64,000 nucleotides of DNA. It comes from Acidobacteriota bacterium (GTDB lineage: Bacteria > Acidobacteriota > UBA6911). This document shows positions 43,202 through 53,427 of this stretch, one piece after another. The notes under the pieces are model-generated. The model searched no databases. It had not been told where the DNA came from and saw only the letters and a program-made list of their open reading frames with translations. How positions within the stretch are numbered: position 1 is the first letter of the stretch; the number at the start of each line of letters is the position of its first letter. The stretch lies in the NCBI GenBank assembly GCA_963664705.1, contig OY761556.1, positions 2,944,001 to 3,008,000 of the forward strand, read 5' to 3'. The position numbers and the translations under genes were made by a program.

Positions 43202-45047
43202 CTGGCTGATACGGTTCTCCACAGCACTCTGGCCGGCCCTGTCGGACCATCTCTGGCAGGCATCCATTGTGGCAGCCCTCTGCCTTCTGGCGCTTCCCGC
43301 ATTCCGAACGGCAGAGGCCAAATCCCGTCACCTGCTATGGTCGATAGCCTTTGCACGCTTTGTATTCCCTCAATCACTCGTGGCACTTCTGGCCGGATTG
43401 CTTCGCTTCCCCGATACCAGCTCTGGCAGTGCGCTGCAGGGAGTTGCGGCGAAAATGGCAACGGTAACGCAGCCATCTGCATTGGTAGTTGAACACCAGT
43501 CGTCCGGTATGGATGCCATGCAGGCGAGTCACTCCGAACTGCTCTGTATCCTGACGGTATTATGGATCGCGGGCTTTGCGTTTTTCCTGGGAAGATGGTG
43601 GCTTCGCCAGCACAGGCTGGCAGTCTCCATTCGAAACTCCCCCGAAGTCGAAGCGGATATCGCCCGCACGATTGAATCGCTGAAAGGACGGCTGGGATTG
43701 GGCCGGAACACAAGGCTGCGGGCTGTATGGCGAGGCTGTGAACCGGGCGTGTATGGCGTCCGACGCCCTGTGCTTGTTCTGCCGGAAGAACTGCAATGCC
43801 GTTTGCGTCCGGCTGAAGTGGAAGCGGTTATCGCCCACGAATTGGTTCATGTGCTTCGCAGGGATAATCTCTGGAGCAACCTTCAGATGCTCGTCTGCTG
43901 CATCTTCTGGTTTTATCCGGTTGTCTGGCTCATCGATCGTCATCTGATTGCCGAACGGGAACGTTATTGCGATGAACGAGTGATTGATGTGCTGGGCAAT
44001 CTCCAGGCCTATGTTTCCGGCCTCATCAAAATAGCGAGTATCGGACTTGGATTCCGACTGGCCGGAGTTTCCCCGATGACTGGGGCAAATTTGAAAGGGA
44101 GAATAAGGAACATGATGAATACCAAAAAGAAGACAGGCTTGCAGGCAAGGATTCTTTTGACTTCCATCGCCATCCTGGTTTTCCTTCTATACCTGATGGC
44201 GGCACCGCTTCCGAAAGGCATGAGCCAAACCGCTCAAAACAGCCTCAAGAGCGAAAATTCAGAGGACTCTCCACTACAGATAATATCCGCCTACGCAGAG
44301 GACATTGCGGTGCCGGCCCGGGGTGACACGAAGGCAAGGCCCCGCATAGTCAAACCCAAAATTGTTGTCAAAAACAGCTCGGATAAAGCGATCGCAGGGT
44401 ATGAACTTGAAATCAAAAAGTCGGGCTCAGATTCGGTGTTTCTGGTCCGAAATGAGGCCGGCCTGGCGGCAAAGGCGACAGAGGTTTTTGACCAGGGGAC
44501 AATGGAGAAGCCGGCAACCACCGTTTATGCCTCCTCGCCCGCTGAAAAAAGCGGCGGCGGAGTTGGCGGAATGTGGACGGTTCATGTCATCGTCGTACGG
44601 TTTGAAAACGGGCAGGTAGCAACGATCCACCCGATGCCGATTCCTCCCCCGACGAAAAAGCTGCCCGGCGGAATGATCGCGGGAATGCAAAACCGCCGGA
44701 CAGGCGGCCCGGTGCCGCCACCGCCCCGCCCCCAGCCGTTTAAACAATCATCCGAGACCGGATCCATCGATGTCGGCGGAAAATTCCCGGAATCGAAGCT
44801 GATCAGACGGGTCGAACCAATCTATCCGGATCTGGCTTTGGAAAAACGCGTACAGGGACGAGTAACCCTCGTAATCCATGTTGATGATGAAGGAAATGTC
44901 ACGGAAGCAAAGGTAAAGCAAGGACACCCGGTCCTCAACGACGCGGCAATTGCGGCAGTGAAGCAGTGGAAATATACTCCGACACTTCTCAATGGGAAGC
45001 CGGTCCCGGTCATGGCGACGGTAACGGTTGATTTCAAGCTCAAATAA
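43188..45047 (+). CDS. BlaR1-like M56 metallopeptidase with C-terminal TonB domain
   Basis: HLWQ, PGVYG..RP, HELVHVLRRDN, FWFYP and ERE..CD; C-terminal RVEPIYP..A....VQG.V...AVKQWKYTP. Confidence 0.92.
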   Translation: MTNHDWLIRFSTALWPALSDHLWQASIVAALCLLALPAFRTAEAKSRHLLWSIAFARFVFPQSLVALLAGLLRFPDTSSGSALQGVAAKMATVTQPSALVVEHQSSGMDAMQASHSELLCILTVLWIAGFAFFLGRWWLRQHRLAVSIRNSPEVEADIARTIESLKGRLGLGRNTRLRAVWRGCEPGVYGVRRPVLVLPEELQCRLRPAEVEAVIAHELVHVLRRDNLWSNLQMLVCCIFWFYPVVWLIDRHLIAERERYCDERVIDVLGNLQAYVSGLIKIASIGLGFRLAGVSPMTGANLKGRIRNMMNTKKKTGLQARILLTSIAILVFLLYLMAAPLPKGMSQTAQNSLKSENSEDSPLQIISAYAEDIAVPARGDTKARPRIVKPKIVVKNSSDKAIAGYELEIKKSGSDSVFLVRNEAGLAAKATEVFDQGTMEKPATTVYASSPAEKSGGGVGGMWTVHVIVVRFENGQVATIHPMPIPPPTKKLPGGMIAGMQNRRTGGPVPPPPRPQPFKQSSETGSIDVGGKFPESKLIRRVEPIYPDLALEKRVQGRVTLVIHVDDEGNVTEAKVKQGHPVLNDAAIAAVKQWKYTPTLLNGKPVPVMATVTVDFKLK

Positions 45048-45062
45048 ACAAGAGCGGTCCAA

Positions 45063-45126
45063 CCTGAAACGGCATCCAGAGGGATCTCTCCTTGAATGTC
45101 AGATCTTCCCTGGATGCCGTTTCAGG
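45063..45126. terminator. Long hairpin between convergent genes
   Basis: Perfect 17-bp inverted repeat CCTGAAACGGCATCCAG plus an inner imperfect stem. Confidence 0.7.
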
Positions 45127-45150
45127 CTCGCGCGCGTATCAAAAATCCTT

Positions 45151-45543
45151 TTATAGCTCCGCGCACACGACTTTTACGAATTTTCCATTCACCAGGTGAT
45201 AATGAATGAATTGCGGAATCACCGCTATCTGGCCAACAGTCAGAGGCTTGAGTTTCGGAAAGTCCGAGGCGGCTACCGCTTCAGCCGATAGTTCCTTCAC
45301 TCCCTGAATCTGCACCCTGGCTTCAAGCGCGATGGTATGCGCATCCGAGACAAAACGGTCCACAATCACCGTTTCTTTAATATATGCATGAAGGAACTCA
45401 TAAAATTTCATCACTGATTCGCGGGTCTTAAACGAACCGCCGACATGTATCATTTCGAATTCGTCAGCGAAATAATCAAGAAACCCCTGGTAATCCCTGC
45501 CGTTGAATTTCTTCAGGTAAAGATCAAATTCCTCACGGTTCAT
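45151..45543 (-). CDS. SnoaL/NTF2-like protein
   Basis: FDLYLKKFNGRDY..FLDYFADE...HYHLVNGKF; GAGG RBS. Confidence 0.78.
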   Translation of the reverse strand: MNREEFDLYLKKFNGRDYQGFLDYFADEFEMIHVGGSFKTRESVMKFYEFLHAYIKETVIVDRFVSDAHTIALEARVQIQGVKELSAEAVAASDFPKLKPLTVGQIAVIPQFIHYHLVNGKFVKVVCAEL

Positions 45544-45633
45544 AGACGCCTCTCTATTCAAGAATATCCTTTTATTAAAAAGCCGATTATAGGATCACAG
45601 CCGGTAATGTCAACAAAGCCCCTGCTCCATCAC

Positions 45634-47718
45634 CTATATGGCGCGACCAATGTCCGAACCATCTCCGATAGCATCGATGATCAAAGAGGAATTCCCACAG
45701 TCTCCGATCTGATAAATCTCAGGAGCTGTTCCTTTCAGGCTTTTGACGAACTCCGTGTCCGGAACCATGGGCAACGCGGGTAAGATGGTATCGGCAGCCA
45801 GGAACTTCTTCTCGCCTTCCTGGGTCGTGATCATCAATCCCTTATTTGTTATCTCTTCATACTTCACGCCGGACAACAAGGGCACTCCCTTTTGCTCCAG
45901 CCACCAAAACAGGCGCAACTTGTAAAACTCAACCAGTCCATCCCCCATTCTCTCCGCTGCGTCGACGACAGTGACCTTTCTGCCGCGCTTGACCAGAAAC
46001 ACGGCCAGCTGAAGAGCCTGGATAGCGCCACCGATGATGACGATATTTTTGCCGATGGGCATCCAGAATTTTGTGGCCGACGACAGCATTCCGGGACCCG
46101 CAAACCTCAGATAATTTTTCAGCCGGCGGTTCAGAACGGCAGCCTTGACCACATTGCCCGAATCGATTCCAGGTATTTTCGGAATGGAATATTGCCCGCC
46201 TGTAGCCAAGACCAGCACATCCGGATTCACCTGCTCAACCGTCGTCTTGTTAACCTCTTTGCCGAGGTGAATTTTAACGCCCAGCTTGGCAATCTGGGTG
46301 CTGAGATAGCGCACCAAAGCGGGAAGGTCTTCAATAGCAAGCCCCTTAATAGTGGCCGCCACGGGCATGGAACCTCCCAGTTGCGGTTCTTTTTCATACA
46401 GGATTACTTCGTGTCCCCTTAAGGCCGCTACCCTGGCCGCCTCCATTCCCGCCGGGCCGCCGCCGACTACCATAACCTTTTTCTTCTTAAGCGCCGGTTT
46501 GATTTCGTATTCCCGTTCTCTTGTCAGGGAAGCATTGACGCGGCAGCATGATCTCCCCGGAATAGGATGCGCATGTATCCTGTCGAGGCAGGAGAGACAG
46601 CGCGTGCATGGGGCAATGTCTTCCAGTCTTCCCGCTGCAATCTTGTTGGGAAGTTCCGGGTCAGCCAACAGGCGCCGGGTCATGCCAATAAAATCCGCTT
46701 TACCCTGTTGCAGGATTTTCTCCGCCAGTTCGGCATTGATGCCGCCGGTGGCAATCACCGGTATGGAAACGGCCTGCTTCACTGACGCGACGAGCGGCAC
46801 CCAAAATCCAGTCCCGCTCCCGCTTCCATCAAGTCCCTCCGGCAAGGGAACCGGGACCTCCGGATAGCAGACCGTATCGGGCCAGTTCATTAACTTATAG
46901 ATTGGACCCAAACCATCGCCTTTGGGATGCAGATTATCGGCGCCGGCAGCTTCGAAGATGCGCCCGAATTCCCGGCCCTCCGCGGGAGTTATGCCATCGT
47001 CTATCCCATATTCGGCGGCGTTATAATGAACGCCGATCGGGAAGTCTTTACCCAGACGTCGCTTCATTTCCTGCAGGATTTCAACCATGAACCGGGCCCG
47101 GTTTTCCAGGCTTTGAGGGCCGTATTGATCCTGGCGCTTATTCCAGTGACGCGACATAAACGTATTGCCCAGGTGCTGGGTAGCGCAATGTATTTCCAGA
47201 TGGTCAACCCCGGCCTGTTTGAAACGCTCTGCTGCCTTTACAAACTTTTCCTGAATTTCTTTGATATCGGCAACGGTTGCTTCCACGGTTTCGTCGCCCC
47301 AGTGTTTTTCGTATATCTCCACTTTCATAACCGACGCCGCGATGGGCGGGCGTCCGGAAAGCGCCGTGGGACACCAGGGGCCGGCATGCATCATCTGCAC
47401 GGATAACTTGCAATCATGTTTGTGGATGGCATCTGCCAGTTTACTGAAGCCTGGAATGTATTCGTCCGCATCGATACGCAACCCATCGGGCATCCTCGCG
47501 CCTAAAGGATAATCGACATAGGCATCCCAGAGAATAACCATGCCCGCGCCACCCTTGGCCACCGCTTCCACATAGTCGATGGTCCTCTGGTTCATACGGG
47601 CATCGTGGAGGTCATGGGTATTCATTTCGGCGGCGGTCTTTATGATTCGGTTTTTAACCCGCATCTTTCCTATATTAAAAGGTGAAAATAGCTTTTCAAA
47701 CTGTGCCTTCCCGCTCAT
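45634..47718 (-). CDS. NADH:flavin oxidoreductase, OYE-like TIM barrel with 4Fe-4S and FAD domains (FadH/BaiCD-like architecture)
   Basis: KNRIIK, NKRQDQYG..LENRARF, CTRCLSC...C.VN and VVGGGPAGMEAA; GGAGGAGG RBS. Confidence 0.92.
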   Translation of the reverse strand: MSGKAQFEKLFSPFNIGKMRVKNRIIKTAAEMNTHDLHDARMNQRTIDYVEAVAKGGAGMVILWDAYVDYPLGARMPDGLRIDADEYIPGFSKLADAIHKHDCKLSVQMMHAGPWCPTALSGRPPIAASVMKVEIYEKHWGDETVEATVADIKEIQEKFVKAAERFKQAGVDHLEIHCATQHLGNTFMSRHWNKRQDQYGPQSLENRARFMVEILQEMKRRLGKDFPIGVHYNAAEYGIDDGITPAEGREFGRIFEAAGADNLHPKGDGLGPIYKLMNWPDTVCYPEVPVPLPEGLDGSGSGTGFWVPLVASVKQAVSIPVIATGGINAELAEKILQQGKADFIGMTRRLLADPELPNKIAAGRLEDIAPCTRCLSCLDRIHAHPIPGRSCCRVNASLTREREYEIKPALKKKKVMVVGGGPAGMEAARVAALRGHEVILYEKEPQLGGSMPVAATIKGLAIEDLPALVRYLSTQIAKLGVKIHLGKEVNKTTVEQVNPDVLVLATGGQYSIPKIPGIDSGNVVKAAVLNRRLKNYLRFAGPGMLSSATKFWMPIGKNIVIIGGAIQALQLAVFLVKRGRKVTVVDAAERMGDGLVEFYKLRLFWWLEQKGVPLLSGVKYEEITNKGLMITTQEGEKKFLAADTILPALPMVPDTEFVKSLKGTAPEIYQIGDCGNSSLIIDAIGDGSDIGRAI

Positions 47719-48035
47719 TATCCCTCCTCCTTCTGTGTTGCGTTTCAGACATAAATTGCAGGGAAGCAGCAATCCGAGATTCATCTCTTTCTGCAGAGCT
47801 TGCTACGCAAGAGAGTGATTGCGGGCGCCCAGGACTCACTGAAATCAAACGGACAGGGAAAACCAGCCCCGACAATAAAAATGCTTCCTGTTCCAGACGG
47901 CCCTCTGTTTCCAATGAAATCCGTTCTGCACACTATTCCCGATTTTAAGCTGGCAATTTTACTACCGTATGCGGCAGATTGATGCAAGAAACGGATAATT
48001 TGCGGAGATCCCCTTATTCAAAGGAATCCTGCCAT

Positions 48036-48551
48036 ATGAATCAGAACGGTCTTCCCTGTCTGGACCTGTTGAAAGCTTCGCCGGACATCCTGCGCGGTTT
48101 GATGTGTGAACTCTCAAGCGAGGACGCACGATGGAAACCCGCCCCGGACCGATTTTCCGTGGCGGAGGTGCTGGCCCATCTCTCGCACAGCGAGATTTGC
48201 TGCTATCGACCGCGTGTGGACCGGTTCATGACCGAAGTCATGCCGGAGCTGGAGCCCGACGATGCGCAGATGTACCTGGATTTGTATCGCGGGCGCGATG
48301 CGGAAGAAGAATTTGCGCATTTCGAAGAGCAGCGCGGAATAAACATACAGTATCTTCGGGGACTGCCGGCGTCCGCGGCAGACCGGCGCGCATTCCACAA
48401 GCAAGCCGGAGAAATCACTCTGGCGCAGATGCTCCACGAGTGGGCTCTGCACGACCTGGGGCACATCCGGCAAATCGCAGAACTGATCCGCGCACGGCGC
48501 TATCGGGAGGGCGCCGGCCCGCTCGGCGAATCCTATCAGCTCAAACCGTAA
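48036..48551 (+). CDS. DinB-family protein
   Basis: WKPAPDRFSVAEVLAHL and W..HDLGH..QI. Confidence 0.88.
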   Translation: MNQNGLPCLDLLKASPDILRGLMCELSSEDARWKPAPDRFSVAEVLAHLSHSEICCYRPRVDRFMTEVMPELEPDDAQMYLDLYRGRDAEEEFAHFEEQRGINIQYLRGLPASAADRRAFHKQAGEITLAQMLHEWALHDLGHIRQIAELIRARRYREGAGPLGESYQLKP

Positions 48552-48703
48552 GTCCTGCGCGGCAGGTCGAACGCAAATCTTTCCTTTAATGCCATCTTCA
48601 TGAATTTCGAGCATTTGGCCGGAACCCCAAAGCCATGCTTTAGGGTTCTCTAATCGTCCTGGCCTGTGCTACATTCGCTCCAACTGGAAAGAGGTCCTAC
48701 CAT

Positions 48704-49852
48704 ATGACAGACAAAGATTCACTCAGGAACGAGCTGAAGATGTCGTTTCTCGAGCATCTCGATGAGCTTCGCAAACGTCTGATTTACTGTGCCATCGCGG
48801 TGGGAGTCGCATTTTTTATCGGATTCGGGTTTTCCGGGCAGATCTATGACTTCCTCTCCATCCCCGTGAAAGTGGAAGCCAAAAAGGCACGGTTGGCTCG
48901 GGAAGAAAAACTGCTTGGACCTGATACGCGACGCGCATTAACTCAAAATCTCAAAGAAGCGGACACACTGCTTTATACCTTTGCGCTGGATGCTGTCATC
49001 GAAAATGTCAAGGTGCCGGCGGGGACGACGATTCCAATCAGAATTGTGAATAAAGGCGGCAGGATCAAGGCGGTAATGGCCTCAAACTGGATTTTGGGCA
49101 AAACTGTCATTCAGCAAGGAAGAGAGATCCTTGAAGTCCTGGGTGAAGCGGCAGTGCTGCCGGGCTTCGACATCCGCGATGAATTGGTTTTAACCAAGGT
49201 TTCGGGAGGCTTCACGCTGCGCATGCAGGTGGCAATCTATGCCGCCATAGCCCTGGCCATACCATTTTTGCTATATCAAATTTGGGCTTTTGTATCTCCC
49301 GGCCTATACCAGCATGAGAAAAAGTACATTTTCCCGGTAATCGGGATGGGCTCCATTCTGTTTTTCCTGGGTGCGGTCTTCGCATACAAAATTGCATTTC
49401 CTATAGCATGCAATTTTCTATTGAGTTGGCAGGAGGGGTTTCAAACTCTATTGAACGCCGAAGAATACCTGGATTTGATCCTGTTCCTGATGTTGGGGCT
49501 TGGATTCGTATTTCAGATCCCGACGGTTTCATTCATACTTGGCCGTATTGGCCTGATTACACCCCAGTTCCTATTGCGATACTGGCGTCACGCCATAGTC
49601 GCCATTGTCATTGTAGCTGCGCTGGCTACTCCCACACCGGATGCGTATAACCTGATGATTGTGGCCATTCCGATGTGCCTCCTCTATCTGTTCAGTATTG
49701 TCATTGTATGGCTTTTCGGGAAAAAACGCAGATCAGACCAGGAAGTAACCACCAAAGCACACCAGGAAAGCTGCCTTTTGGTCGGATTGCTCCTTCATTC
49801 AAGACTGATATTAAGAAAGAGAGCGCCCGTCTCCCACAATGCAGCATACTAA
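48704..49852 (+). CDS. tatC: Twin-arginine translocase subunit TatC with large loop insertion
   Basis: MSFLEHLDELRKRL, YQIWAFVSPGLY, FQIP and A..TP.PD. Confidence 0.93.
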   Translation: MTDKDSLRNELKMSFLEHLDELRKRLIYCAIAVGVAFFIGFGFSGQIYDFLSIPVKVEAKKARLAREEKLLGPDTRRALTQNLKEADTLLYTFALDAVIENVKVPAGTTIPIRIVNKGGRIKAVMASNWILGKTVIQQGREILEVLGEAAVLPGFDIRDELVLTKVSGGFTLRMQVAIYAAIALAIPFLLYQIWAFVSPGLYQHEKKYIFPVIGMGSILFFLGAVFAYKIAFPIACNFLLSWQEGFQTLLNAEEYLDLILFLMLGLGFVFQIPTVSFILGRIGLITPQFLLRYWRHAIVAIVIVAALATPTPDAYNLMIVAIPMCLLYLFSIVIVWLFGKKRRSDQEVTTKAHQESCLLVGLLLHSRLILRKRAPVSHNAAY

Positions 49853-49865
49853 TTGTGGGCTGGGC

Positions 49866-51410
49866 AAAACCCACGGAAAACCTGAGAAAACCTGGACACC
49901 CATGATTTGTTCGTCTGACCGAATGAGGAGTTTCGGAAAGGTCTTGGCGGAAATTCCCGACCGATGATTCATGTTGCTGAGGAATACGGGAAGAAAGCTT
50001 GTAATGGGCTTAGCTGTTACTACTTGAGGCGAGTAAACAAGCCTGTTGCGAGGAGAGATGCGAAGTCTGGAGGGGCGCGTAGTTTAGGTTCGGAATAGAT
50101 CCGGTTGAGCTGGAATGCAATTGGCCTTGAGGCTATGTAAAAGCAGACCGAGCGGCCGACAAGCCCTTTATCCAATGCCGGTTGAGCCGTCCCGCGAATT
50201 CACGCATGTGCGTCAGGCTGCCGGCGGCCACCTGGAATGCGGAACCAAAATGCGACACTGTTTCAATCCATTCCTTGGGAATAACTCCAATTCGATTCAG
50301 GATCGGGGCAAGACGGCTATCAATGAACCCGCGCTTGTCAGAGCGAATCATGCGTCCCGATCGGTCGACCAAATCAAAATACTCGGCTGTGGATGTGTCG
50401 AGGATACCACGCCGGCTCGGGGTTGATTGAATTGGGGCCAACCAACAGTCTGCAGAATCCCGAAGAGAAGAGCTCGAAGCAGTTCCGGGTGTTGAGGGAG
50501 CATTAATCGTGTCATCAGTTTGACAAGGAGAACAATCGAAAGCCGGGCCCGAATCACTGGGTTGAGGGGCTGGTTGCTGGGACAAGGATTGGCGATGCCA
50601 GGCGCGGATACGCTCCTGAATGCTGGTGAAGTCGCTGTCTTCGGGAGTGGAGGCAGCGCCGGCCCGAACCATATTCAGATCCACATAGACCAAGCAAGCT
50701 GTAATGGCAGAAGCATCCAGAAGCACCAGGCATTTAAAGCGAGATTCCCAGAAGCGGCCCTTGACCTTATCTTCCTTGTTAGCCTTGCGAGCGATGAATT
50801 CACTGAGTTTGGCCACGAACCAGCTCAGGCTGCCCAGCCGCTTGCGCAGAACAGTAATGTGTTCCGGACAATCTGCTAATGCCTGGATCTGTTCGACCCT
50901 AGGAGGAAGAGGCTTTTTGCTGGTGCGCGGTTTTCGGGGGCAGAGTTCTAGCCATCGGGCGGCGACGTCGAGATCGGACCAGGACTCAAGAATGTCGGGT
51001 CGGGTTCGCAAGATGGAATGCACGTGGTTTTCCATGATGGCATAACCGCACACGTCAATGGCGAAGATGCCGGCAAGTTGTTTCAAACGATCGAGAATCC
51101 ATTTTTTGCGATGGGAGAAATCCCGGCCGCTAAGAGGGTCATACCCGCAAAGAAAAGATCTGCGGACACATCGACTGATGCAATGATAAACGCCTTCCTC
51201 CCCTTCGATGACATAGATGTTTCTTGCCAATCCCATGGTTTGCCTCCTTGCATAGTAACTAATGGCGAACCTTGGGAATTGAGCGAAGAAAAATTGGAGG
51301 CAATCGAACAAAACAATGGGTGTCCAGGTTTCCCCAGGTTTCCCTAGGTTTCCCTCCCCAGGTTTTCCGTGGGTGTCCAGGTTTCTACTCCGTGGGTGTC
51401 CAGGTTTTCT
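49866..51410. mobile_element. RAYT locus bounded by inverted GGACACCCAT repeats
   Basis: AAACCTGGACACCCAT (49888-49903) and its exact reverse complement (51316-51331) flank the transposase, with further partial copies outward on both sides. Confidence 0.75.
50133..51236 (-). CDS. REP-associated tyrosine transposase (RAYT, Y1/HUH family, long type)
   Basis: YHCISRCVRRSFLCG, YAIMENHVH (HUH), GRFWESRFK and YVDLN (catalytic Tyr); AGGAGG RBS before 51236. Confidence 0.92.
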   Translation of the reverse strand: MGLARNIYVIEGEEGVYHCISRCVRRSFLCGYDPLSGRDFSHRKKWILDRLKQLAGIFAIDVCGYAIMENHVHSILRTRPDILESWSDLDVAARWLELCPRKPRTSKKPLPPRVEQIQALADCPEHITVLRKRLGSLSWFVAKLSEFIARKANKEDKVKGRFWESRFKCLVLLDASAITACLVYVDLNMVRAGAASTPEDSDFTSIQERIRAWHRQSLSQQPAPQPSDSGPAFDCSPCQTDDTINAPSTPGTASSSSLRDSADCWLAPIQSTPSRRGILDTSTAEYFDLVDRSGRMIRSDKRGFIDSRLAPILNRIGVIPKEWIETVSHFGSAFQVAAGSLTHMREFAGRLNRHWIKGLSAARSAFT

Positions 51411-51441
51411 TTGTTTCTCCGATTGCGAATGCTTGGATGCG

Positions 51442-53049
51442 CTAGGCTTCCATGGATTTTGAAGCTTTTTTGCTCTCGACTTCGCCAATAGCGTTCTTTG
51501 GGATCGTACTGATGACAAAGAATGCAAGCAGCATCGCGATGGCGCCGATCAGAAAAACGCTTCTTATCCCGCTTTGCATGGAACTGCGAATCGCCTGCAT
51601 TGTCGGCTGATAGAGCGCCTTCCCTGCCTCGCCTTTTGCTTCGAAGGCTTTCTTTAACTCATTTCGGGCCGATTCATTCAGCAATACCTTCTGATCGCTG
51701 AGAGCGGCCAGCGTCTGCTTATCCGCGATCTTCTCCAAACCTTTGGGAAGCGATTCCGCCAAAGCGTTTTCATACCCTGAAGTCATTGCTGATCCGAGCA
51801 GGGCTGGGGCGATTGCGAGCCCCATCGAAAAAGCGAAGAAGAAAGCACCCATCGCCACCCCTAGCAGTCTTTTGGGAACCGCATTCTGAACTACGAGCGT
51901 ATTGATCGTTGGAACCGCGCCCATCCCAATGCCTGCAATGGATGAAATCGCCAGGCTCCATCCGATGTGGGTTTCCGCCGACAGGAATAGTATGGCAAAC
52001 AGGTCAGCCGTCAGCAGGCCAAAGCCGACAACATACATCCATTTGAACCGTTTGGATCTGGAAAGTAGGAAACCAACCGGCACGCCGATAAAAGACATCA
52101 GAAAGCTGCACGGAATGACCACATAGGAACTGTGTAATGTTGAAACGCCCTGGACTCCCTGCAGAAACATCGGGAAATACATACTCAATCCTGTTTGCCC
52201 GATAAATGACAAAAGGGTTGCAATGGACACGGTCAGGAACGGCCGGTTCCGGAGCACTGCGGGATCCACGATGGGCTCCTTCACCCGACCTTCTACGCGG
52301 AGGAAGATAACCCAGAATACCAGGGAAATTCCCAGCAACGCCAGAACCTGTGGGGAGCCCCATCCACGCGTCCCGGCAAAGGAAAGGCCGACAATGGCGG
52401 TAGAGGAGGCAATCGCCACCAGAATGCATCCCAGGAAATCAATTCTGGGTTTTGCCTCGCGATTTGCAATAGAAGGAATTCCGGTTGGAATTGTCAAAAC
52501 ACAGACCGCGAGAAGAGGCAGTGCCAGCAGATAGAGATAGCGCCAACTCAGATTGTCGACAAACCATCCACCCAGGATGGGCCCGACCAGCGCACAGGTT
52601 CCAACCGGGATATTGAGCAGGCCGATCCATTTACCGCGCTTTTCCGGTGGGAACAGATCGCCTATGGCTGCGAAAACCAACGGCATCATGGCTCCGGAGC
52701 CGAATGATCCGACGACGGTTGCGGCAATCAGAAATACAAAGGTTGGAGCGCTGGCGCACATTATTGCGCTTAGCAGTGAAAAGCTCACGGCAATCAGCAA
52801 CATCTTCCGGCGTCCATATAAATCCGACAGCTTTCCATAAATGAGGGTTGCAAATGCGCCGACCAGCGCGGGAATGGAAACCGCAGCGGCATAAAGCGAC
52901 ATCCCGTTCAATTCTGCGGCCATTTTGGGACGGGCAATGGAAAGCGATTGTACGAAATAGGCCATGGTTCCGTAGACGGCAAAAATGGCTATCAACCCCA
53001 TGGTTATTTGTCTTTTGGGGAAATTATACTCAGCTGGCAAAGTCGACAT
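51442..53049 (-). CDS. MFS transporter (14-TM, DHA2-like)
   Basis: YGKLSDLYGRR, DLFPPEKRGKW, GPILGG and E.RVKEPIV. Confidence 0.92.
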   Translation of the reverse strand: MSTLPAEYNFPKRQITMGLIAIFAVYGTMAYFVQSLSIARPKMAAELNGMSLYAAAVSIPALVGAFATLIYGKLSDLYGRRKMLLIAVSFSLLSAIMCASAPTFVFLIAATVVGSFGSGAMMPLVFAAIGDLFPPEKRGKWIGLLNIPVGTCALVGPILGGWFVDNLSWRYLYLLALPLLAVCVLTIPTGIPSIANREAKPRIDFLGCILVAIASSTAIVGLSFAGTRGWGSPQVLALLGISLVFWVIFLRVEGRVKEPIVDPAVLRNRPFLTVSIATLLSFIGQTGLSMYFPMFLQGVQGVSTLHSSYVVIPCSFLMSFIGVPVGFLLSRSKRFKWMYVVGFGLLTADLFAILFLSAETHIGWSLAISSIAGIGMGAVPTINTLVVQNAVPKRLLGVAMGAFFFAFSMGLAIAPALLGSAMTSGYENALAESLPKGLEKIADKQTLAALSDQKVLLNESARNELKKAFEAKGEAGKALYQPTMQAIRSSMQSGIRSVFLIGAIAMLLAFFVISTIPKNAIGEVESKKASKSMEA

Positions 53050-53427
53050 TCCGGAAGATCCTCCCTGCACAGTTCAACAGTATGATCCATTCCTGGATGC
53101 ACAAGGGATCATAGCAGATGAGCTGCATCGAATAGTGCCCCCTATCAAGCCAGAATCGCCCGTCCGTTGCAACATATTTGCCAATTCCAGCCCAGGATTT
53201 CCTGTCCGTGGTATCTTTGGCAACAAGCCTGCCCTCGGCTCTTCCGATTACGTCAACCGGCTCTGAAAACCTTCTTTGTTTTATTCGGAACTTGTCTGTT
53301 CTAAAGTGTAGGACCGTACCGGTATGAATTAGCGAACATCTGTATTTTAAATGTTGAAAATCTGGCTTTTTTGAGACGTAATTCCCCTCAGGGATATCAG
53401 CACCAACCAATTACGGAGGAATCGCGC

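Noticed and set aside
42770-45047. Beta-lactam resistance locus
   Set aside because: BlaI with an M56-TonB fusion is a common generic sensor pair; there is no penicillin-binding domain and no beta-lactamase nearby.
51237-51527. N-terminal extension of the RAYT ORF (464 aa)
   Set aside because: It runs through the repeat array and overlaps the MFS gene; an AGGAGG RBS supports the start at 51236.
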